Part shown: positions 11,840 through 21,044 of the stretch, piece by piece
Position numbering within the stretch: position 1 is the first letter of the stretch
Layout of the letters: every line of letters begins with the position of its first letter
DNA from: Schmidtea polychroa
Lineage: Eukaryota
Reading direction: 5' to 3'
NCBI GenBank assembly: GCA_044892525.1
Contig: CM097885.1
Coordinates: 150,660,001 to 150,724,000 of the forward strand
DNA length: 64,000 bases
Translations under genes and position numbers: made by a program
Notes under the pieces: model-generated
Told to the model about the DNA's origin: nothing
The model's input: the letters and a program-made list of their open reading frames with translations, nothing else
Databases searched by the model: none

Positions 11840-14800
11840 TGTTGGCGTATGTGGGGGAAAGAAAATATATAGGCATGATTATCATACACATCAGGTGTCA
11901 TTATTCTACTCAGATCATTCCCTCACGCACTCCAAATGATCATTCGCATATTCCCACATATGAGCCCGTGGTGATGTTCCACGTTGGTACTGCTCACACG
12001 GGTTGGAAAGAGTTAGCAGGTGAGCCCCTGCCTTAGGACTACTCCTAACCCTTTCTCGGTTCGGGTTCTACGGTGCCATAGAAGGTCTTACCCATTCTTT
12101 ACGCATCATTCGGTCCGACCCTGGTCCAAAAGGTAAGACATTTAAGTTTCTACTATATTTTCGTGATCCTTCTCTCATGCAATTCAACCGTAGCAAATCA
12201 TACATACAATTTACACAATCAAAGAAAATCGAACAGTTATATTAGAACGGAACATCAAATTACATTCAGCATTGTTTAAACAAATGCAAAACATTAAAGA
12301 TTAGTCACGAGATAACGTCGCTTCTTCAAGTTCGTTCGTAATAGCAGGGGAATCGAGACCCGAGAGAGAATTGGCTACGAGAATGCTTCTCCTTCTGCGA
12401 GCATCTCGTCGATGTCAACGGGCAACCGGCGATCTTCGAGGAATTTGATACTGCCGGCCGGAACTACCCGGAATACTTCCTTTGTAGGAATGGAATGGGA
12501 AACTGTAATTTCCTTGATAGTTGCTTTGGCCACAGATAACGATGCTTCGAGCGCGGCCATGGCATTTCTACGCTTCTGATTTTTTTCAGAACGCGTCAGC
12601 CGCTTACGCTTTCGATGGGGAAATGTAGCTTCTGCTGGGGACTGAAGGAGGTGTGGCACGCGTACTGGAGCCAAGATGGGGTCCGATGGACCGCCAGCCG
12701 TAGGTCGATCGCCCGAAAGAACTGGGGCGGGAATTGGCGGCATTTGTGGGCCATGCCCTTTACAACTGGATATTGATGAGGTTTCAGCTAATTTGTGGTG
12801 TATTGGGAACACGTTAGTCCCATCTTGTATCGGGTACTCGCGAACTCGCTTCGCTAGTTCTGATTCGGAATACACCTTGTGCAGTGCCTCTGATTGGGCC
12901 TTTATGGTTAGCCGCTGGCACCTGCTTTCTTCCAGGAGACTGTCACGGCAGTGCTCCAAACGCAGAATCTTGCTCTTCTCCTCCTTCATTTGTGGTGGGG
13001 AGAACCACGTTCCCTCATAGAGGTCAATTCTCTTCTTCAATTCCCCGATGTACAAGTGGAGCTGTGCGATATCGGCATTTTTATCAGCACAGGAAAAGCA
13101 AGGTCTGAGGGTTTTCCCGGAACTGGTTGAGGTATTCATCTAAATCGTTAAGGAATTGTTATTTTTAAATTAAAAATTTACTGGGGTATTATTCATATTT
13201 TCGGAAAAAGAAATGTAAGATTTCCCCGACCAAGTTATCCAAGAGTGACCTACCAATCTACCCCGTCGGCAATTAACCACCTTCATACAATCTCAAACAT
13301 CCAAACTAACCCATGTAATCATTACTACTTTATGAGAAGAAAACGGGATTCATGAAAACAATTCATTATGCTAGCTTTTAGGTATACTTTTTGGGTTTGA
13401 CTATCTTTAACTGCTGTATGACTGTTACTTCGTTACTATGAACGCTATTATCTTAATTATCGTTATTACCTTTTAACAATTATATTTTACTCATTTTGCT
13501 GCCATGTCGTTAGATTCTACGCGTGCTATATGATGAACGGAAAATCGGCAATTACCGGGACACCCCGTCTTGTATGTAGACCCCTCGGGTTTGTACGAAA
13601 ATCATAATACTCTCACTTAAATTGTTATCATGGATTATAATTTAGTTATTTAAATTTAACGCCATAAACATCGTCATAGTGACGCTTAAATCGGGCGCAG
13701 TTATGTGTTCATTTGCTTGTCTATCTATACCGTCAACTATCGACGGGTTCGTTATGATGCATGTTGGTGCATTTAACTAGCGATTTGCACACCGACAAAA
13801 AAAAAATTTCTCGTCGCATCGCCATGTTCTCTGACGCAATCCAGTGGTCTACTAGCAGATACAAGTTTACGACTCTCTCCCTATGATTAGGTAATGATGA
13901 TATCCACATGTGCACTGTGACCTAATCTGAGTGTGATGCATGTGTACATGTGGGCGAGCGATTAATAGAGGTAGAGTTGTAGAGAGATGCTCTAGTTGAG
14001 ACGGGTACTCAGTTGGTGTGTCCAAAACTCAAGAAATTCGATTGTGTGGGTGACTTGCGGATTCAGTAGATAAAAATTACTCTATATTCTGGATTCTCGA
14101 TATTAGGTCGACTCACGATAAGACCACTCAATACACTTGATCGACTGCCGCCTTCTCAATCAACTCGTTCGATGACTTTATCAAATTATCAGCTGATTTT
14201 CCCCGTCAGAAATTTATCTGGCCATGGGCAACTAATGATTCTCCTATCGCTATTGATATCTTCACTCGGACTCACGGCAAGTGATTTATTTCCTTATCAA
14301 AAAATTTGTTTACTTTCCCCTTTTAGACGAGCCGCTGTCAACGTCAAACCAAACTTTATCAGATATTCAATGTCAAGCTAAAGTCTAAATTAGTAAATGA
14401 ATGGGTTTACTCGCTAATATCCCTGCAATGTACCTCTCGGGGTTCAATTTTTAAGGGCTTAGCAGATCTTCCAGTGAAAACTCTAACAATTCATCGCCCA
14501 TCCCTACTCAGACATCTATCAATATTCGACGGAAAAGCAAATTTTCCTAACAACAACGAACTACTGATCTCAATCCGAAAAATTGTCTCCGACTTTGGAA
14601 AATTTACATTATTTATTCTGAAACTTCAGCGTGACTTCATAAAAGAAAACGAAAGATCCTCTATCAGATCGCGCTCGAGGTGAGAAATTCTACTTCCAAC
14701 AGTATTCCACCTGCGGAGTCTCCTCACCCCTCACGACCCACCCAAGAAGGCAATCATCTCTGCCGCCGTTCTTGCATCGTCGTGAGGGACCGTTTGACTC

Positions 14801-15970
14801 GTCTTTCACAAAATCAACATTTAATATACAATTTATGAATAATAAAATGAATGAATGAATCAAATAGTAGCAAATGAATCAGTAAAAATAAATGGATCAA
14901 TAAAGCTCACCCGGCGACCCTATCATTTGGACTCCAAGTATGATGTTATTCATTCCACACAACCGCAGCCTCATCATAACCTTGGTAGATCTCTCACATG
15001 ATAAATATCCTTCTCTGCAAATGTCACATTTTCATTTTCAGCATCTTCGGGATTTCTTATGAAGGTCAACCTTCCCACTGTTGTGTTCTCTGCCGTGGTA
15101 CATTTCCAACTCATCCACATCATACTGGGAGCTCTCAGATGGTACAGTCGCCGGCACCATGAAGAAAAGGCCATTTGTATTTCAATAAATTTATTTTACG
15201 AAATGAGTTTTGTCTTTCATCATTAATAAATTAACTAATACATATAAATCAATCGGCCTACCGATAGTTTCAAAAACTGGAACGAAATCGAGTTTAAACT
15301 GGTTTCAAATTATTTGAAGGTAACTTCTGAAAATCTCTCGAATTAGCGTTTGCGATTCTAGTCCTGAATTCGGTGAAATATCTGAAGTCTATGCTCTGTA
15401 ATCGTGAAAAATTAAAAGTGGTTGTCGTCTAATTTTTCACGTTACATATATAGTATTTTTCGTCCAATCAGGACGCTACCTGCTTGTATTTTTACTATTT
15501 ATTATTATTTTTCTGTTTTTTATTATAATATATTAGATTTTAATGACTTAACTTATTTCTTATTATTATTTTATTTATTTTCCTATTTTTATTATTTTCC
15601 TCCTATTTTTCTTGTAGGTTTATTGCTACTTTATTGTAATATAATTTTTTTGTTTTAATTAGACTTAAAGATAGTTTTATTTTTTATTTATTTCTTAAAT
15701 TTCTCTTTTATTTGTTGTCACTTTTTTACTTATTTTATTCTATTTCATCTGCTGGGTCCTAACTCGCTTTATTTCTAAATCTCAAGGGGTTTATTGGATT
15801 TTATTTAGTTTGTTTACTTATTCTTATTCTTTTATTGTTATTTTATTGTTCCTTCCTATTTACTAGTGAGATTTCTATGGTACTTTATATTTTTATCTTA
15901 TTTCATTTATTTTTCAAGGATTACTTTTCTATTCGCTCCAGTTTTCGAAACTCCACATTTTAGCCCAACA
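11840..15970 (-). repeat. 3' LTR (4,131 bp)
   Basis: Direct repeat of 38363-42493 with the same length and the same ORF set. One substitution seen (13066 G vs 39589 A). Confidence 0.97.
12375..13139 (-). CDS. LTR-encoded hypothetical protein (254 aa; coiled coil, Pro-rich linker, basic NLS-like segment), 3' LTR copy
   Basis: ATG-started 765-bp ORF, GC-richer than the surrounding LTR. Contains HRKRKRLTRSEKNQKRRN. Confidence 0.6.
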   Translation of the reverse strand: MNTSTSSGKTLRPCFSCADKNADIAQLHLYIGELKKRIDLYEGTWFSPPQMKEEKSKILRLEHCRDSLLEESRCQRLTIKAQSEALHKVYSESELAKRVREYPIQDGTNVFPIHHKLAETSSISSCKGHGPQMPPIPAPVLSGDRPTAGGPSDPILAPVRVPHLLQSPAEATFPHRKRKRLTRSEKNQKRRNAMAALEASLSVAKATIKEITVSHSIPTKEVFRVVPAGSIKFLEDRRLPVDIDEMLAEGEAFS

Positions 15971-16200
15971 AATCACTCCGGGGCCCGTTAAAATTGCGCC
16001 CCGCAATTCACATAATATCATACGTTTAACTCATACCTTTTTCGGCATAACAACTAATTTCACGGTCAACATTCACACAAACATAAAATTAAAATAACTA
16101 AATAATACTTTAATTAAACAGATAAAAGGACAAATATAAGCAAGCAGTGGCCACTTTAGGTGACCGGATTTATACACACAAAGTTTATGAATAGTCGATG

Positions 16201-16566
16201 TCACATGATCTCAAGGTTCGGAATGTTATTACTGTCTTGGTTGGTTGAGTTCTGGGTCGGATGGCTGGTCGAAGTTGTTATCGTGGGGAGCTGGATTGTA
16301 ACAGGCATTTGGTCAGGGGATAGATTTTGTTGCATTTGGTCGGGTGGGTTTGGTTGTTGAAAATGTACTGCTCGTTTATGTTTATTTTTCGATCGTAGGT
16401 TCTTTCTTTCGTGTTTTTCGGATAGTGACTGGTTTCTTCTCCATGTTCGATGAATATCATACGCTTTCCAGATGACTAGTGCGCAGATGATAAGGGTTTC
16501 ACTGATGGTAGTATAGAGTAAGACTTGGCTTTCTTTTACTTCCTTCTTCCTGATGATTTCCTTCAA
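16201..16566 (-). CDS. Small accessory reading frame with one predicted TM helix (no ATG start)
   Basis: TTG-started frame with VLLYTTISETLIICALVIW, followed by a basic segment and a Q/T/N-rich tail. Confidence 0.35.
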   Translation of the reverse strand: MKEIIRKKEVKESQVLLYTTISETLIICALVIWKAYDIHRTWRRNQSLSEKHERKNLRSKNKHKRAVHFQQPNPPDQMQQNLSPDQMPVTIQLPTITTSTSHPTQNSTNQDSNNIPNLEIM

Positions 16567-16837
16567 GGATTGTTGGGTGGTTTGTTCTTGTAAGAGAATT
16601 TCGAGCTGTTCGATTTTTTTGGGTTTGTAGGTGGAGTTGCATTTGAAGTTTTTTCCAGACGACTTTGTTCCAGCATTGTTTCGGGATGTTGTTGGAGAGC
16701 TTTCTCTCGCTTTTTAGTTTGGTTAAAGGGTTTTGCTGTTTCTCGGGATTCTCCCAGAATGTTGGGATTGGCTGCCACATGGGTCTCCCGTTTATCGCTA
16801 TCATCATTATTGTCACCAAGGTTGCTCCGAACCACAT
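16499..16837 (-). CDS. Small accessory ORF with signal-peptide-like N-terminus (112 aa)
   Basis: ATG at 16837, MWFGATLVTIMMIAING hydrophobic leader. Overlaps the next frame (16201-16566). Confidence 0.4.
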   Translation of the reverse strand: MWFGATLVTIMMIAINGRPMWQPIPTFWENPEKQQNPLTKLKSERKLSNNIPKQCWNKVVWKKLQMQLHLQTQKNRTARNSLTRTNHPTILEGNHQEEGSKRKPSLTLYYHQ

Positions 16838-16892
16838 ACTGCTATACGAAAATTTTTATTTACAATTATTTACATTGATCATTCATCTTTAA

Positions 16893-17594
16893 TTATTGCC
16901 GGGTTTTCTTTTTACGGGTTTTCTCGGATGTTCTCATCACTCTCGTTTCTGCTTTTATTACTCGTTTTCTCAATTCGGGTAGTACTTTTAATTGTTTGTC
17001 TCTTTCGTCTAACTGTTGCCTTAGGGTTATTATTTTTTCTTTTAGTGCTTTTATTTCTTGTGTTGCTCTTTCGAGGTTTCTATGGTTCATTATCTGTAGG
17101 AAATCATTTTCCCTTTCCGCGTCTTCTTCGTTGTCTATTTCCTGGTATTTGTTGTTCATTCGTCTCATTATCTCACATTCTTTCTGTTTTTGGTGTAGTT
17201 GGAGTTGTAACTCTTTCAGGCTTTCTTGGTGTTTCCGTGCCTCGGTTTTCCAATAGTCACTAATCACTTCGTCGGCCTTTCGACTGGCCCTCTCCTGCCA
17301 TAATTCTTCCGCGATCTTTTCCCAATTTCTCCCTCGCTTTCTTTGCTCGTGAAGCCATTCGTTTTCTTCCTCTACCTCTTTCTTTACTCCTTCTAACAAG
17401 ATATATTCTCTTTTCAATACTTTAATCATTTTTCGATTATCTCTCCACCTTTCAACTAATCTTTCGTTTTCCTGTCTCTCTTCTTGTAATTCTTCCTTGA
17501 TAGTTTTCTTCCTCTCCACTTCATCAACTTCAATTTCTCCCTCTTCTAACTCGATTATAGATGTTATGCTGGGTTGTCCGTTTTCGGTGTTCAT
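16893..17594 (-). CDS. Accessory coiled-coil protein (233 aa)
   Basis: ATG-started, E/K/R/Q-rich with heptad character. Same strand and codon style as the other element genes. AT-rich spacers on both sides. Confidence 0.75.
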   Translation of the reverse strand: MNTENGQPSITSIIELEEGEIEVDEVERKKTIKEELQEERQENERLVERWRDNRKMIKVLKREYILLEGVKKEVEEENEWLHEQRKRGRNWEKIAEELWQERASRKADEVISDYWKTEARKHQESLKELQLQLHQKQKECEIMRRMNNKYQEIDNEEDAERENDFLQIMNHRNLERATQEIKALKEKIITLRQQLDERDKQLKVLPELRKRVIKAETRVMRTSEKTRKKKTRQ

Positions 17595-17781
17595 TTTCTA
17601 TAATATATACATAATTAATAGCTGCGCTACAGTGCGGCTTATACTTATACATTTATATGTTATTTTATAATCAGGGTTACAGTCCCTTTCATACTTTTAC
17701 TGTACCATTAATTTTTTTTTTTTTTTTTTTTGGTTGGGATACAGGTCCCGATTTTTATATTTTTTATCTTTCCTTTTATCC

Positions 17782-18819
17782 TTATACAAAGGTCTCTTCC
17801 TGGCCTACATATCCCTCATCGCTTTCTACTGACGTTTGTAATTGGAGTGCGATGGGATCAAATGGGATGTAGTACCGGGGAATCTGCGCTCTAAGTTCTT
17901 GCACTTCGTCTCTTAGTGCTCTTGACACGTTAAGTTCCTCGTCCAACAGGTATGTTAGATACCTGGTTTCATCGTCTCTTACCTCTATCTGTTTTTCTAG
18001 CTCTTCCGCTTTTTCGCCGTTTTCCCATTTCTTGATCTCTATCTCCAGATTTTTAAGATTTTCGTTATACATTTTCCTTTCGTTTTCTAACTTTTTGTTT
18101 TTCCCCGCCAGTACCATATTTCTCTGCTCCAGAGCTCCTTGGTATCCGTTGACATCTCGTTCTAGTTCTGCGACCTTATTTACCAGTTCCACGAGTCGTC
18201 CTGACTGTTGAAGTATCAGTTCTTCCATTGCGGCATTCTCGTGCTCCCTTATGGAGATTTTCATGGCTAGATGTCTTTCAAATTCCATGGCTTTGGTCTG
18301 CCATGTTTGGCTTCGGACCGCAATCTTTCTGAGCCGTTTCAGTTCTTCTCTTATGACCAGATTTTCCTCCCATTTGCCTTGTTCGCTTTCGTATTCTAAT
18401 CTCATAGGCAATTCTTTCATTTCTTTTTTCATCTCTTTGTTCTGCCGCTTCCAGTTTCGGGCTTCTGCCAATAGGTGATTCATTTTCCTTCCTTCCTTTT
18501 GTTTTTCTGCTTCTCGTTTTGTGTTTTCGTCCGTCAATCGTTTCCGTGCTTCCTGCACTAATTGTTTTAAATAGTGGCTGTGTGCTTCTTGGCGAGTGTT
18601 TTCCAATGATGCCCACTTAGAGGCTCTTTTGCATGCTTCTGCTTCGGCTCTTAAATTGTTTATTAACCACTGATATTTGTTATTCTCGTATTCCCTGGCC
18701 TCTTCGAGATGGTTGTGGGTCTGGTTCGTCAATTGTAACATTACTTTGACCCATTTTCCCTTATGGATTTTATTGACTTTGGTTTCGTGGTTTGGGGCTT
18801 CAGTTCCTTCTTGTGTCAT
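17782..18819 (-). CDS. Accessory long coiled-coil protein (345 aa)
   Basis: ATG-started, continuous charged heptad repeats, no recognisable catalytic motif. Confidence 0.8.
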   Translation of the reverse strand: MTQEGTEAPNHETKVNKIHKGKWVKVMLQLTNQTHNHLEEAREYENNKYQWLINNLRAEAEACKRASKWASLENTRQEAHSHYLKQLVQEARKRLTDENTKREAEKQKEGRKMNHLLAEARNWKRQNKEMKKEMKELPMRLEYESEQGKWEENLVIREELKRLRKIAVRSQTWQTKAMEFERHLAMKISIREHENAAMEELILQQSGRLVELVNKVAELERDVNGYQGALEQRNMVLAGKNKKLENERKMYNENLKNLEIEIKKWENGEKAEELEKQIEVRDDETRYLTYLLDEELNVSRALRDEVQELRAQIPRYYIPFDPIALQLQTSVESDEGYVGQEETFV

Positions 18820-19038
18820 CCTTGTCTAAATAACGATATCATTAACTTAACGTTGTACGCTTATATCTGGTTTATTATTTATTTATTTTTATAATTCGTT
18901 ATAGGAGTTGTTTTAGGAGTTTTTCGCTTAAGTTTACCTTTGGTAGATTTGGGGGGAATTTTCTACACTACTATATAATATTTTACTGGATATATACGCC
19001 GATATTTACAATTAGTATATACAAAATTATTCGTCTCC

Positions 19039-20427
19039 CTACTCAGTCCTACTCTTCCCATCACGTCTCACCGCTATTTTTATGTATATAGTGTCGTTTC
19101 TCGTCATGTCTTCTACTTTCCGCTGTAGGACGAAATTTGGTGCTCCAGTTGCTGGTCCTTCTTCTTCCAAGGGCCTTTGGTAACATACGAGGTTTCCCGC
19201 TGTATGGAAACTCTGTTCGTGTATACTTTGATAGTTCATCATTGCAAGGTCTATTTTTGCTTTGAATGGCCATTCTATTAACTCGTCGTATGGCCCTTTG
19301 CACATCAAGAAGAATACTGAGAAATGCGTTCCGTATGCACTTCCATCCCCATTGGGGTATGCTTTCATTTTCATTTTATACCCGTTTTTCCCTGAGTAGA
19401 ATGCTGGACTTAGTAATGTTGTATCCTTTCCATTTCTCGCTCTCTGCATCTTCTCTTTTATTCCCGTTATTTTCCATATGTACGGAGCCGTTGGTATTAA
19501 TTCGTTGAGGTTTAATTCGCTTACTTTTTGATGTAGTTCTTTCACCATAATATTGCTAGTTTCTACTAGATCTGTCTGTATCTTTGTACTTGTTCTCGCC
19601 TCTTCAAATGCTTCCTTTTCTTCCAATAGTTCTTTTACCAACGCTTTTAGCGAGACTATTTCTCTTTCTAAGTTTTCGGTTTTCCTTTCGTTTTCCTGTA
19701 ATACCGTTGACCATATTTCCGCGTGTGTTGATACGTTTTCTGCTAGATGTTGGGGTAATTCTCCTCGGTGTAATTGTTTCGGACATCCCCATTTTCCTAG
19801 CACACACGTTATCTTTTTTCTTTCACACTCTTTTAGATGTTGAGCGAGTTTTATTACTCCGGGTTTATCGCATTTGTTGGGGCATTCTCCTCTGAATTCT
19901 GCGCACACTTTCTCCTCTTGTATGTTGTGATGTTGACTGATTAGTTTCTTCCAGGTGTCGTTTTCTCCGCAATACTCGCATTTCTCTATTCTTTCTTCGC
20001 ATCGACTTTGATGTTCTGCTTCTTCATTGACTTTAATCTCTTCTTGGCAACGTTTGCATTGACTGATTTTATACTCACATTGCTCCGTATGTTGCCTCAC
20101 TTCCCATATCACTCCTCGCCAATTACATGGGGTGTTTTTACATCCTAGGTTTGCATTCAACATATCTTTTACAGCTGCTTTATCTTCGTTTGTATCTCCC
20201 AAACTTGTTATCATTGTTTCTTTGCATACTGGGCACCATTGTGGTCCCTTCTTTATTATCTCCTCTACACATTCTCTGCACATTCTGCATCCACATCTGG
20301 TTTGGTGAGGTTCTCTTAATAAGCTCTTGCATATTCCACACGTTACATGGTTGTGTATTCGAATTGTGGTGGACTTTCTAATTTGTTCAACAATTTCTCT
20401 GAATTCTTCTCGTTGTCGCTTATCCAT
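19039..20427 (-). CDS. traf: TRAF-family protein (RING, TRAF zinc fingers, coiled coil, MATH/TRAF-C), intronless, inside the retroelement
   Basis: RING CGICKSLLREPHQTRCGCRMCRECV...CPVC. Repeated CxxC...H...C zinc fingers. MATH domain YIWKITG...SPAFYSGKNGYKMKMKAYPNGDGSAYGTHFSVFFLMCKGPYDELIEWPF. Confidence 0.92.
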   Translation of the reverse strand: MDKRQREEFREIVEQIRKSTTIRIHNHVTCGICKSLLREPHQTRCGCRMCRECVEEIIKKGPQWCPVCKETMITSLGDTNEDKAAVKDMLNANLGCKNTPCNWRGVIWEVRQHTEQCEYKISQCKRCQEEIKVNEEAEHQSRCEERIEKCEYCGENDTWKKLISQHHNIQEEKVCAEFRGECPNKCDKPGVIKLAQHLKECERKKITCVLGKWGCPKQLHRGELPQHLAENVSTHAEIWSTVLQENERKTENLEREIVSLKALVKELLEEKEAFEEARTSTKIQTDLVETSNIMVKELHQKVSELNLNELIPTAPYIWKITGIKEKMQRARNGKDTTLLSPAFYSGKNGYKMKMKAYPNGDGSAYGTHFSVFFLMCKGPYDELIEWPFKAKIDLAMMNYQSIHEQSFHTAGNLVCYQRPLEEEGPATGAPNFVLQRKVEDMTRNDTIYIKIAVRRDGKSRTE

Positions 20428-20516
20428 TTCTATAATTATATATATACATATATTCGTTACCGGTACAGTTTCGTATTTTTATTTACATTTATTTACATTG
20501 CTATTTTAGGTTATAT

Positions 20517-20876
20517 TTATTGGCTGGAAGAGTCGGCCTCTTGTCCGCCCTCTTCCCTGTTGGTTAACCATTCTGACCAGTCTTCTATCTCCTCTCGCTC
20601 CATCTCTTCCGCGATTCTTATTAACTCTTCTTCTTGCACCTGGCTGTATCGTGATATTCGGTCTATCTCTCGCTGCATTTGTTCTATTTTCATTCGTTGG
20701 TCTTCGATTATTCTTACATAATTGAAGCCTTTATTTAAACTTTCGACTAAGCTTCTTTGTACAGCGAGTCCTTGTTCCTGTAAATTCGAAATCACTTGAG
20801 TTAACATTGCACATTGTTGTTTCCACATCTCCTCGGTTGTTGTACTGTGGTTTACTTCCTCGCCTATTCGCTCCAT
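20517..20876 (-). CDS. Accessory coiled-coil protein (~119 aa from first ATG; frame open from TTG at 20900)
   Basis: MERIGEEV... with helical, charged content and an acidic C-terminus. Confidence 0.6.
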   Translation of the reverse strand: MERIGEEVNHSTTTEEMWKQQCAMLTQVISNLQEQGLAVQRSLVESLNKGFNYVRIIEDQRMKIEQMQREIDRISRYSQVQEEELIRIAEEMEREEIEDWSEWLTNREEGGQEADSSSQ

Positions 20877-21044
20877 TCTTAATTTATATATACTTTTCAA
20901 TCCTTATCTAATTTTATTTTTATATTAATTATCCCCATCATTATATACTATTGATACCGCGCTTATATAAAAATATAGAATACTGTTATATAAATAAATA
21001 ATTCCTACTTACTTTTTACAATCTATATACAGTCATAATCCTTT

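Noticed and set aside
13733-15658. Short ORFs (60-78 aa) in the LTR, duplicated at 40256-42181
   Set aside because: No recognisable motifs, several lack ATG, and they are duplicated only because the LTRs are.
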